A DNA stretch of 64,000 bases from positions 60,423 to 124,422 of the forward strand of contig JALWYX010000034.1 in assembly GCA_027078415.1 (NCBI GenBank). Direction: 5' to 3'. Origin of the DNA: Thermoanaerobaculia bacterium. GTDB taxonomy: Bacteria > Acidobacteriota > Thermoanaerobaculia > JALWYX01. A program made the position numbers and the translations under genes. Position 1 is the first letter of the stretch; every line of letters starts with the position of its first letter. Positions 31,589-40,959 of the stretch are shown in pieces. Under the pieces are notes generated by a model. The model did no database searches. It had not been told where the DNA came from and saw only the letters and a list, made by a program, of their open reading frames with translations.

Positions 31589-32201
31589 CCAGATAGTACG
31601 TTACAGCTCCATTGACCTGTGCTGCTGGATTTTGTACAAGGCCAAATCTAAAGTAATCTATGTCGAATGCGCTCGTTGCTAAATTGTTTTTACAAACCTC
31701 TTTATAACTTGGGGTAAGCCTACGCACACATACAAATCCATCTCCATTTCCAGCTCTCCACTCTACTTCAAGCTGATGAGTCTTTGGTGAATTATCAAAA
31801 GACAACCAAACACCACCTACAAAAGTAAAATTACCACTATTCTGTCTAGCCCAAACGTTAAATCTATACGTTCTGTCACCGTCATTTTCTAGATCATGCC
31901 TAAGAAAACCCACTAAAAATACAGCAGGTGCTACATCACGTGCAAAATAAAGTATTCTTAAAGAGCTATCATCTTTTATATTAGTAGCATTTTCAGCACG
32001 TAACATAAATCTAACCTTTACGTGCGTTTCGTTGTTAGGAGCATTTGTTTCCACATACGCTTTATCAGAGGAAGTCCCATCCAGATTAATCTCCAAACCA
32101 TAATTGCCTTCCAACGCAGAGGTATTCGTAACACTTAAAGTGTTTTGCGCCCCTAGAGGCAAAGTAAACAACGCTATCATACCTCCTACCTTTTTCCACA
32201 T
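31560..32201 (-). CDS. Hypothetical secreted protein embedded in the hydrolase cluster
   Basis: Signal peptide MIALFTLPLGAQN. Beta-rich composition. No motif recognised. Confidence 0.5.
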   Translation of the reverse strand: MWKKVGGMIALFTLPLGAQNTLSVTNTSALEGNYGLEINLDGTSSDKAYVETNAPNNETHVKVRFMLRAENATNIKDDSSLRILYFARDVAPAVFLVGFLRHDLENDGDRTYRFNVWARQNSGNFTFVGGVWLSFDNSPKTHQLEVEWRAGNGDGFVCVRRLTPSYKEVCKNNLATSAFDIDYFRFGLVQNPAAQVNGAVTYYLDEFEAYRMP

Positions 32202-32266
32202 AACCTTACTTACCTCCTCTTTTTAGGTACTTTCACATTATAATACATAACTCTTCACCAGCGCAA

Positions 32267-33658
32267 TTAAGAATGCTCGTCTAATATCTTATCTGCTTTG
32301 TTTATAGCTTCTTTTAACTCCTCACTTTTCAAAGACGCTTCTTTCTTAATAATCTCTAGAAGATCTTTTTTAAGAGAATCTATAATACCTTTTCTATCCT
32401 CCAACGTAACCGATCTATCCAACTTGTAGAGATTACTCTTACCAGAAGAGAACGAAAAACTTAGGAAAAAAGGCAAATTAATTATAACAAACCTATCAAA
32501 TAGAGTGGAATCATATTCAATACCAACGACTTTTCGTGCAGCAAAAGCTGAAAGTGCACTTCGTTCATCCCTTAAAAGTGGAAGGAAACTTTTTCCATCT
32601 ATATCGGAAAATAGATCTACTCCTAAATAATCTTCTATAAAAGCGGCAATATCTGCATGAGACACCAGAGCATCTACTTTTTTACCCTTAAATTCAGCGT
32701 TTGGGAACCTTATAACCAAAGGAATTTTAGCAACAGACGGAGACAATTGATAATGACTTAAACTTCCGTACTCACCAAACTCTTCCCCATAATCGGCTGT
32801 AAAAATAACAACAAATTTCTCTAACCAACCATCTTCCCTCAACCACCCAAAAAAATCTCCCAATCTCTTATCTAAATAGTCCACCTGGGCCTTGTAAACA
32901 GTTTTCAGAGCAGCAAGAGCATCTTTAGAAAGTTTTCTTGTCCTGTAAAATTGAAGCCATTTATCCGCACACATACCTTTGAAACAAAACATATCCTCTT
33001 TGATTTTCAATTTCTCCTTTAACGATGGAGGTAAAAAATAAGGTAATTTATTACCATTAGCTGGCGGATCAGGAGCGAGATCACTAATTTGCATAAATAT
33101 GAACAAAGGATCGCTTCTATTTTCATGGAAATCGATTATCCTGACAGTTCTATCAACTATTGAGTCCACATGTATAAACTCACGTTCAGAATCCCTGTAA
33201 ACCGTAAAACCACCTATAAGACCAGATTCTGGACTCAAAAAAGGAGTCGAATAAAAACCGACTGTTTTATACTGAAGATCTAAAAGTTTATGAAAAAACT
33301 GTCTCACATAATTGTTCGATCCCTCAGGAATAGAATTTATAATGCCATGGCGCAAAGGACTAAGTCCAGTAAATAAAGTTACATGTACAGGTAAAACATG
33401 ATTAATTTGAGTATAGAAGTTAGTAAACTCCACACCTTCACTAACCAAAGACTTATATACAAAAGTATTCTTGGCATAATCGAAACTGAACGAGCTAACA
33501 GAAATAAGCAATATATTAGGGTACTCTTCTACTTTTCCAAAAACGTCTAATGATGAAGGAATTACAGTAGATGAACTATTTTCCTTGCTATCTTGGGGAA
33601 AAATGTTACAACCGCTCAAAAATATTAAACTAATGAGAAATAAGCCTTTCAATTTCAT
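32267..33658 (-). CDS. Sulfatase-family lipoprotein S3 with degenerate active site (probable pseudo-enzyme)
   Basis: Lipobox LSGC. Metal motifs degraded (ISVSSFSFD instead of DTxRxD; TADYGEEFGEYG instead of DHGEEFGEHG). Val at the nucleophile position (HVLPVHVTLFTG). Confidence 0.65.
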   Translation of the reverse strand: MKLKGLFLISLIFLSGCNIFPQDSKENSSSTVIPSSLDVFGKVEEYPNILLISVSSFSFDYAKNTFVYKSLVSEGVEFTNFYTQINHVLPVHVTLFTGLSPLRHGIINSIPEGSNNYVRQFFHKLLDLQYKTVGFYSTPFLSPESGLIGGFTVYRDSEREFIHVDSIVDRTVRIIDFHENRSDPLFIFMQISDLAPDPPANGNKLPYFLPPSLKEKLKIKEDMFCFKGMCADKWLQFYRTRKLSKDALAALKTVYKAQVDYLDKRLGDFFGWLREDGWLEKFVVIFTADYGEEFGEYGSLSHYQLSPSVAKIPLVIRFPNAEFKGKKVDALVSHADIAAFIEDYLGVDLFSDIDGKSFLPLLRDERSALSAFAARKVVGIEYDSTLFDRFVIINLPFFLSFSFSSGKSNLYKLDRSVTLEDRKGIIDSLKKDLLEIIKKEASLKSEELKEAINKADKILDEHS

Positions 33659-35099
33659 TTATAAAACACTCCACCCCCAATCCTTTATCGGTGACATCTA
33701 GTAGTACTTCTTGTAAAGTTGCAGCTCCTCGAGAATGAACCTTTTTCCTTAGCCAATCGAGCAGAACGGAAAACTTTCCCTCCTGAAAAGTTTCTTCCAA
33801 ATCGGTTATTTCTTTACGAGCCTGATTATAAAACTGAGCAGCGGACAAAGATCCTAGGGTGTATGTAGGAAAGTAACCAAACAAACCTGCAGCCCAATGA
33901 ATATCCTGTAATACCCCTTCACTTACGTTCCCGGGAACAACACCAACTATCTCTTTGTATAGTTCATTCCATCGCGTAGGTAATTCTTTTACTGTCAAAT
34001 TTTCGTTTATAAGCTCTTTTTCCAGGAGATAACGAACAAAAACGTGTAAATTGTAACTTACAATATCAGCTTCCACTCTTATAAGAGAACGTTTAATCTG
34101 ATTTACATACTTAACCCATTCTTCTATTCCTCCTTCCAGAAAAGGAAAAAGTTCTTTTAATTTATAGAATCCCCAACTCCAGAATTCTTTTCGTCTTCCC
34201 ACGAAATTTTCCCATAGTCTAGACTGTGACTCATGTAATCCTAAAGATATAATCTTACCCAAGGGAGTATAAAACAGAGACTCATCTATGCCCAGCTCGT
34301 ATAAGGCATGTCCAGCTTCGTGTAAAACACCAAATACTGATGACCTGAAATCGTTTTTCCTGTATCTAAAAGTTATACGAACATCGCAAGGGGTAACCGC
34401 TATACACATAGGATGAGTAGATAAATCTAATCTGCTGTCTGTCTCTAATCTTAAGCCAACAGCGCTAGCAAAAAAGGCAGCTGCCTCCCATTGCTTATCT
34501 GGAGAATATTCAAAAACAGAATATTTATCTGAAGCAAAATTAGTTTCATATTTATCAAGCAAACTGTAAGTCTTGGGAATAAGTCTTTCAAAGACTGAAT
34601 CTATAACCTTTTCTGTAATTCCAGGCTCAAATAAATTAAGCAGAGCTTCGTATAAAGAAGTATCATCTTGTTTAAGACAACTAGCTTCCTCTTTTTTAAG
34701 TTTCAGTAAATTGTCTAGCTCTTTTTCAAAAATAGAAAAATCGCCTTCTTTTCTTGCTAATTTCCAAGCTTCTACGGCTAAAGTGGTAGAATAGGCTAAC
34801 GATGTACGTACTTTAGCAGGAACCTTAAAATATCTATCAACCACAATACGAGCCACTCGAGCATGCCTAGCAAACTCTTTACCTTCTTCCTCTATACTGT
34901 CCAAAAGTTCAACAAAATAAGGATCTGTCACAAGCGTATACAAAACACTGTTTAAATGTGCAATTATTTCTGCACGTTGGGAAACAGCTCCTTTAGGCAT
35001 ATATGTCTCTTGATCCCACGCAAAAAGTGCTAGAGCAGATTCTAAAGAGGATATCTTTTTCCACCTTCTAAAGAACTCTTCTCTTAACTCTTTTGTCAT
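33630..35099 (-). CDS. M32 family carboxypeptidase (carboxypeptidase Taq-like)
   Basis: HEAGHALYE zinc motif and full-length M32 architecture. HESQS and IRVEAD family motifs. Confidence 0.9.
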   Translation of the reverse strand: MTKELREEFFRRWKKISSLESALALFAWDQETYMPKGAVSQRAEIIAHLNSVLYTLVTDPYFVELLDSIEEEGKEFARHARVARIVVDRYFKVPAKVRTSLAYSTTLAVEAWKLARKEGDFSIFEKELDNLLKLKKEEASCLKQDDTSLYEALLNLFEPGITEKVIDSVFERLIPKTYSLLDKYETNFASDKYSVFEYSPDKQWEAAAFFASAVGLRLETDSRLDLSTHPMCIAVTPCDVRITFRYRKNDFRSSVFGVLHEAGHALYELGIDESLFYTPLGKIISLGLHESQSRLWENFVGRRKEFWSWGFYKLKELFPFLEGGIEEWVKYVNQIKRSLIRVEADIVSYNLHVFVRYLLEKELINENLTVKELPTRWNELYKEIVGVVPGNVSEGVLQDIHWAAGLFGYFPTYTLGSLSAAQFYNQARKEITDLEETFQEGKFSVLLDWLRKKVHSRGAATLQEVLLDVTDKGLGVECFINEIERLISH

Positions 35100-36488
35100 T
35101 TACAAATACCCCAAGGCTTTTAACTCTTCTTCTACATCTCTATCGAAAGAGTAAAATCTAGCTCTAGGCCAAGCACCATAAATTCTGTCTCTTTTTATCA
35201 TAAGTCTAATAAGTTCTTCTTTTACAGAATTTTTCAACATAGCAGCGTTTCTCTTATCTATCTCGGCAATGTCATGCAACTCCTTAGGATCCTTCATAAG
35301 GTTAAATACCTTAACCCTATCAGTCCTAGGATCGTATTTAACAGAGTAAGGAAAATCTATTATAAAAAAACTCCACCTGTTGTATACATGGGCAGTACCT
35401 ACAATTTTCCTTTTAACCTGATTTTTACTGAGAAGTGAAAATAGAGAAAGTCCATCAAAGGCAACCGGGTATTGCAAACCTAAATAATCTAAGAAAGTAG
35501 GAACTATATCAGGTAGCCAAACCGGTGTATCTACTATCTTAGGAGCATCGTTGTCAGGAGTTATAAGCATCATGGGTATAGCTATTGTTTCGATGAATGG
35601 TTGTGAATGACCAAAATATTTATGTTCCTTAAACTCCTCACCATGATCCGAAAAGATAATAATTATAGAGTTTGAGAATAGATTCCATTTCTCAAACAAA
35701 TCGAAAAGCTTCGCTAACTGGCTGTCAAGAAAGCGTACACCTCTTCTATAGATTTCTTCCACCAATTCAACCTTTTCCGGTTTAAGTGGAATAGCTTCTT
35801 CCCTTACAAGCCGTAACCAGCTATCAGCACATCTGTTGTACCTACAAAAGGTACCTTCTTTTATAGGTAGATCCTTTCTATATGAAGGAGGAGAGTAGTA
35901 AGGTAACGTGTTCCCGTCTCTTCCTTGAGGATCAGAATGAGCATCCATAAAATGGATAAAGGCAAAGAAAGGAACTTTTTCCTCAACTGCTGCTCCCAGA
36001 TAATTGGAAACCTCCTCTAATATAGCTTCCGAAGGAACAAGTTTAAACCGTATTGGAATAAAAACGTCAAATCCTTTGTGGAATCCACCTTCTCGACCCA
36101 AAAGAGCATTAGAATGTATAGCAATGGTTGTGTAACCTTTACTTTTTAAAATTTCAGCTATAGTAGGTATGGAAGGCGGTAAAGCTCCAACTTTTACTTC
36201 CAATATAGAATGTACAATCGAAGACATACCAGTAAAAGCAGACATATGCGAAGGAACCGAGTAATGAGCTGTTGAGAATGCATTCCTGAAAACTATCCCT
36301 TTACGTTCCTCAAAAATTCTCTTTATATTGGGCATATCCAAACGAGGACTCCCTACAAGCTCACCCCAGCAATCACGCCTTACAGTATCCAAAGATATCA
36401 ATATAACGTTCTTCTTTATCTCAGACCTACATCCAAATAACAAAACCAAAAATAACAAAACCACTTTCCTTCTCATCACGCGATCCAA
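35100..36488 (-). CDS. Sulfatase-family lipoprotein S4, non-canonical nucleophile
   Basis: Lipobox LLFGC. ILISLDTVRRD. YSVPSHMSAFTG. FSDHGEEFKEH. C-terminal tail ...EEELKALGYL. Confidence 0.75.
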   Translation of the reverse strand: MDRVMRRKVVLLFLVLLFGCRSEIKKNVILISLDTVRRDCWGELVGSPRLDMPNIKRIFEERKGIVFRNAFSTAHYSVPSHMSAFTGMSSIVHSILEVKVGALPPSIPTIAEILKSKGYTTIAIHSNALLGREGGFHKGFDVFIPIRFKLVPSEAILEEVSNYLGAAVEEKVPFFAFIHFMDAHSDPQGRDGNTLPYYSPPSYRKDLPIKEGTFCRYNRCADSWLRLVREEAIPLKPEKVELVEEIYRRGVRFLDSQLAKLFDLFEKWNLFSNSIIIIFSDHGEEFKEHKYFGHSQPFIETIAIPMMLITPDNDAPKIVDTPVWLPDIVPTFLDYLGLQYPVAFDGLSLFSLLSKNQVKRKIVGTAHVYNRWSFFIIDFPYSVKYDPRTDRVKVFNLMKDPKELHDIAEIDKRNAAMLKNSVKEELIRLMIKRDRIYGAWPRARFYSFDRDVEEELKALGYL

Positions 36489-36712
36489 AAAATATTACTA
36501 CAACACCAAATACCCGGCAACCAAGTAAGTATTAAAGGCAATTATAATTCTAAAACCGGATTTTAAAAATAAGCTTCGCTTACCAATACAACTAAAAAAC
36601 ACGCAAGATGACTTAAAAACAATAATAATGGTACACTTAAAAATCAAAATAGAGCAATTATTTGCCCTATCTTAAAACATTCTAAATATCCCTTCCCAGT
36701 ATTAGCCAACAG

Positions 36713-38161
36713 TTATTTATATCCTAACGCCTCTATAGCTCTCTTTTCCATCCTATCCAGTTCATCCAAAAATTGAGGTTCAGTGACAGCAAGTAACTTT
36801 TTACGCTTCTCTAGTTTAACACTTATCTCAAGATCCAATCTTTTTTTCAAGTTATCAAGCAAATCCTTAAAAGATTTGTCGCTAGCCAAATTATTCTGTT
36901 CCATTCTATCGCTACTCAAGTCAAAAAGTTCTACCAACCCATCATCTTTAATAATCAGATGATAAGGATAAACAATCATAGATCTAAAGTTCAAATTTTC
37001 CTTTTTATGTCCTAGAATAGCAACATCGCGTTTGGGCGTTATACTCTCTATCCAAGGTATCAAACTTTCCCCATCCAACTTTAGGGGAAAATCGTATGTA
37101 ATATTTAGGTAATCCAATATGGTAGGCAAAATATCTTCATGCCCTACAGGTATCTCTATCACCTTTCCTGCCCATCTATTTTTAGGAAACTTTATCAAAA
37201 GAGGAACATGAATATTTTCTACGTAAGGTCTATTGTGTAAAAAAGAACCGTGCTCACCAAACTCTTCACCGTGATCGGCTGTTATTATTACAAACATATC
37301 ATCCAATAAACCTTCAGCATTCAAATATCCAAACAGATCTCCTAACCTCTCGTCTAAATAAACAGCTTGCGCTTCGTATAAACGTTTCATTTTTACAACA
37401 GTACTTTTAGGCAACTTAATGCCTTTTTTTACAACTTCTAACAACCATCTACTAGCACACAGCTCTTTCCAACAAAACTCGGACCTATCAACTTTTATAT
37501 CTTTTCTGTAGGGAAAATAAGAATAATAGGGCAGAAAATTTTCAACTCCCACCATATCTTTATCGAAATCTGAGTGCAGATCCATATAATGTGCAAAAAT
37601 AAATAGTGGACTATCTCCGTACCCCAACCGTGATCTTTCAGATAGAAGATAGGAGATAGAATCGTTTATTCTTTGAGCAAAAGTAAGTCCTCTACCTATA
37701 TCCATGTAAAAGTCAAATCCCTTAGCAAAACCATATCTAGGTCTTAGAAAATAGTTGTGGTAAAACCCAAATGTCCTATAACCGTGTGTTTTCAAAATTT
37801 GAGCGATAGTTGGTATATTTTGCAACAAAGCAGGACCTCGCTCAGCATAAATAACTCCATGAACATAAAAAGACAACCCTGTAAACATGGACATATGAGT
37901 TGGAAGTGTAAAACCTGTAGCAGCATAGACGTTTAAAAAATTTACACTCATATTACTGATATCTTGCAATCTAGGCATAAGAGAATTATCACGGAAAAAA
38001 TGCCACAGATCGGCTCTCATCGTATCTATGGAGATAAACAGAATATCGGGGAGTTTTCCACGAGTACTCTCTATCTCTTCTAATTGTTGCTCATTCATAT
38101 GCTCCGCAAAACATCCGTAAAAAAGAACCACAAAAACTAACAAACACCTCCGAACTCTCAT
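36713..38161 (-). CDS. Sulfatase-family lipoprotein S5, non-canonical nucleophile
   Basis: Lipobox LFYGC. LFISIDTMRAD. FTLPTHMSMFTG. TADHGEEFGEHG. C-terminal tail ...AIEALGYK. Confidence 0.75.
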   Translation of the reverse strand: MRVRRCLLVFVVLFYGCFAEHMNEQQLEEIESTRGKLPDILFISIDTMRADLWHFFRDNSLMPRLQDISNMSVNFLNVYAATGFTLPTHMSMFTGLSFYVHGVIYAERGPALLQNIPTIAQILKTHGYRTFGFYHNYFLRPRYGFAKGFDFYMDIGRGLTFAQRINDSISYLLSERSRLGYGDSPLFIFAHYMDLHSDFDKDMVGVENFLPYYSYFPYRKDIKVDRSEFCWKELCASRWLLEVVKKGIKLPKSTVVKMKRLYEAQAVYLDERLGDLFGYLNAEGLLDDMFVIITADHGEEFGEHGSFLHNRPYVENIHVPLLIKFPKNRWAGKVIEIPVGHEDILPTILDYLNITYDFPLKLDGESLIPWIESITPKRDVAILGHKKENLNFRSMIVYPYHLIIKDDGLVELFDLSSDRMEQNNLASDKSFKDLLDNLKKRLDLEISVKLEKRKKLLAVTEPQFLDELDRMEKRAIEALGYK

Positions 38162-38502
38162 CTACCAATAACCCCGGTACAGATAGCTTTATAATAACTT
38201 AACAAAGTAGCTCCGATCATCTACAGAACAAAATGTTTATAAACCACAGAGAGCGTAAAGAGCAAAGTCCCATTAATACTTGTCACCTTTCTAAAAGCTA
38301 CCCGTAGATCTCATTTATCTTTACACAACTATTATCTTAACTAACTTGTTGTTTTATCAACTTATCCCTTTTTATTGCAGAAGATATTAAGTGTAGCTAT
38401 TCTTCTCAATTTAATATTTATCATGTAAACCAAAAAGTATTTAATAATATTTCTTTTAAAACTCAACTGAAAAATACGCATAACCTTAGAGCAAAATATA
38501 AA

Positions 38503-39816
38503 TCACTCTTTCAACGTAGCAGCAGTGTAAACAACCGTAGCGTAGAAAGCGGTTATATTTTGTAAGTTTTCTTGTTGTACTTTATCAAAAGTATCATTTT
38601 CGGTATGGTGATAATCGAAATAGAAAGTTGAGTCAGGTGTTATATCAATAAATTGAACACCTCTATCTCTAAAGAAGGATATATCTGCACCACCTCTTCC
38701 TTTCTCTTCAACCCATTTTACGTTGTATCTTTTAAGAATACGTCTTATAGACTTTAGCACCTTACCTACTAAGCCTTTTTTTTCACCTCTTATTTTAAAT
38801 ACTTTCCCCAATCCAAAATCAGCTTCAAGAGCTAAGATATGAGGATCATCCTTGTGCCTATCAAAGTAATCGCGAGCCCCATCCAACCCAAATTCTTCGT
38901 TGTTAAAAAGCACGAATCTAACGGTCCTATTTAGTGAATAATTAGCAATATAACACGCAGTAGCCAAAACTGTTGCTACTCCTATACCATCATCTATAGC
39001 TCCTTCTCCCACATCCCAAGAGTCTAAATGAGCACCCAACAAAATAATCTCTCTACTTTTCCCTTCTATCTCTCCTAGCACATTGTAAGCAGTTACAGGA
39101 GCAAGTTGCCGTGAAGAGGAAAATATTTTTACACGCGGTATACTATCTTTCAACCTTCTTAGAAGATCTGCGTCAGCAGGTGCAAGTGCTATTGCAGGTA
39201 ATCCGTCTGAATAACTAATTGCAGTTATACCTGTATGTGGAAAACGATCATAACCGGTACCTGCTGACCTCATAAGATAGGCTATAGCGCCTTTTTCCAA
39301 AGCTATTTTTGGCCCCAGCCATCTCGTGCGAGAACCTTCCCTATAATCGGCACCGTTTCTTTTTCTTCTCATAACAAAATCTACAAAAACTATCTTTCCC
39401 GATATAGCATGCTCGGGAGCCTCTTTTAGCTTTTCCAAAGAGTCAAAATAGACCACCTCACCTTCTATACCTTCTTTTGGGGTACCACTACTACCTCCCA
39501 ATTCTATAGCTATAAGTTTTCTTTCAACCGGAGCTATTAGAGCAACTTCTAGTTTTCCCCTTACCCATCGTGGAGCTATAAAATCTTCTTTCCAAACTTT
39601 TACTCCACAATCTTTAAAGACCTTTTCAGCCCATAAAACAGCTTCTACATTCCCTTGGCTTCCAATGAATCTAGGGCCTATCCTTGTCAATTGCTCAAGG
39701 AAAATGAAAGATTTGTTGTCATTTACAACTGTGTAGAAAAATTTCTCTATCTCTTTTTGCAAACCATATACGTTAAATGATAAAAATAAGATAAAAGCTA
39801 AAAAAAACGCTCGCAT
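38503..39816 (-). CDS. M28 family peptidase (second copy, with PA-like insert)
   Basis: GAHLDSWDVGEGAIDDGIGVA and NNEEFGLDGA M28 motifs. Start set at the MRAFFLAFILFLS signal-peptide Met; the ORF-track start at 39879 would overlap the divergent gene. Confidence 0.75.
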   Translation of the reverse strand: MRAFFLAFILFLSFNVYGLQKEIEKFFYTVVNDNKSFIFLEQLTRIGPRFIGSQGNVEAVLWAEKVFKDCGVKVWKEDFIAPRWVRGKLEVALIAPVERKLIAIELGGSSGTPKEGIEGEVVYFDSLEKLKEAPEHAISGKIVFVDFVMRRKRNGADYREGSRTRWLGPKIALEKGAIAYLMRSAGTGYDRFPHTGITAISYSDGLPAIALAPADADLLRRLKDSIPRVKIFSSSRQLAPVTAYNVLGEIEGKSREIILLGAHLDSWDVGEGAIDDGIGVATVLATACYIANYSLNRTVRFVLFNNEEFGLDGARDYFDRHKDDPHILALEADFGLGKVFKIRGEKKGLVGKVLKSIRRILKRYNVKWVEEKGRGGADISFFRDRGVQFIDITPDSTFYFDYHHTENDTFDKVQQENLQNITAFYATVVYTAATLKE

Positions 39817-39840
39817 TTTCTCAATTATAGGTGATAAACG

Positions 39841-40959
39841 ATGATAGAAAAAGTGGAAAAAGTGCTCGAAGAACTTCAAAAAATAGCTTTAGAAAAAATA
39901 AAAATCTTAGGTAAACCGATACCCAAAGGCGAACTATTTCTCACATTAAATATTGCACTTTCAGGATCACGTGAACACCTTCACAACGAAGCAATCAACT
40001 TAACAAAAATTATAGACGCTGAGATAAACGATCTTATAGCACATATGGAAATGCTTCCTGTGGGTAGGATACACTGCTTGAAGTGTAACACAGCCACCTG
40101 TGAACACTCTGCACCTACTAAAAGAAGAGAAGTGTTTGTAGGATATAAACCCAATGGTACTCCAGAGTTTAGAGACCTCACCCAAGCACTCCTAGATAAA
40201 GGGCATCCGCAGACCCACAGACTATTTGAAAAAAAACCACCTATTTTGGCTCTTGCTATAAAACCACAAAATTTATTCTCAAACTTGCTACCGGGCTTTA
40301 AACCGTGGGAATCTATGAGAATACACGGTGCTGTTATATGTGGATGGTTCATAGACAAAGAAGGAGAGAAAAACGGGATTACTTTCCTGCTGGTTTCCTC
40401 AGGTACCAAAAGATCGAGAAGAAAATTTTACTTGCATACTATAAACCTCCTAGCAGCAAAAGCGGAGTTAGATAAGTTGTTGCTTACAAACGGCACTTTC
40501 AGATGGGACCAACCTCTTCAATGGAGTAAGAAAATGTTAAAAATCATAGAAGCTGATCTAAGAAGCAATACTCTAACCAAAGCTTTTATCAAAAAGATCG
40601 AAGCTAGACTGAACGGTGTTCTTGACAACTTAGCGTTACGGTTAGAAAAAATAACTGAGAAGGAAACACATTATACAAAACATGCAGTAGAACGCAAATC
40701 GGCTAACAGACCTGTATCCCAAGCATTTTTGGACCTCAAAAGTGCAACTGTCGACTGGAGTTTCTACGATGATACTGAGAAAAGCATAGTAATAGTAGGA
40801 CCTAAGTCGAGAGTACACATATTTTCTCCCAACGGTAAACTGATAACTTCAATACGATACTCATCTGAAGCTATTCAGAGAAAGATAAGAAGCGGAAAAT
40901 GGCAAAGGATTTCTCTACAACAACTGAACGAATTAAAGAAAAATGCAATTAGGAATTAA
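39841..40959 (+). CDS. Hypothetical protein translationally coupled to a UbiB/ABC1 kinase
   Basis: 372-aa ORF with no recognised motif apart from a C-x2-C-x4-C-x-H cluster. TAATG overlap with the next gene. Confidence 0.5.
   Translation: MIEKVEKVLEELQKIALEKIKILGKPIPKGELFLTLNIALSGSREHLHNEAINLTKIIDAEINDLIAHMEMLPVGRIHCLKCNTATCEHSAPTKRREVFVGYKPNGTPEFRDLTQALLDKGHPQTHRLFEKKPPILALAIKPQNLFSNLLPGFKPWESMRIHGAVICGWFIDKEGEKNGITFLLVSSGTKRSRRKFYLHTINLLAAKAELDKLLLTNGTFRWDQPLQWSKKMLKIIEADLRSNTLTKAFIKKIEARLNGVLDNLALRLEKITEKETHYTKHAVERKSANRPVSQAFLDLKSATVDWSFYDDTEKSIVIVGPKSRVHIFSPNGKLITSIRYSSEAIQRKIRSGKWQRISLQQLNELKKNAIRN

Noticed and set aside
28852-38161. Annotating S1-S5 as genuine arylsulfatases
   Set aside because: The catalytic Cys/Ser-x-P-x-Arg needed for formylglycine formation is absent in all five (Thr/Ser/Val and His/Val instead). 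The sulfatase call is downgraded to sulfatase-fold hydrolase or transferase.
39817-39879. ORF-track start of the second M28 peptidase at 39879
   Set aside because: It would overlap the divergent gene start (39841) by 39 bp. The signal-peptide Met at 39816 is the more plausible start.
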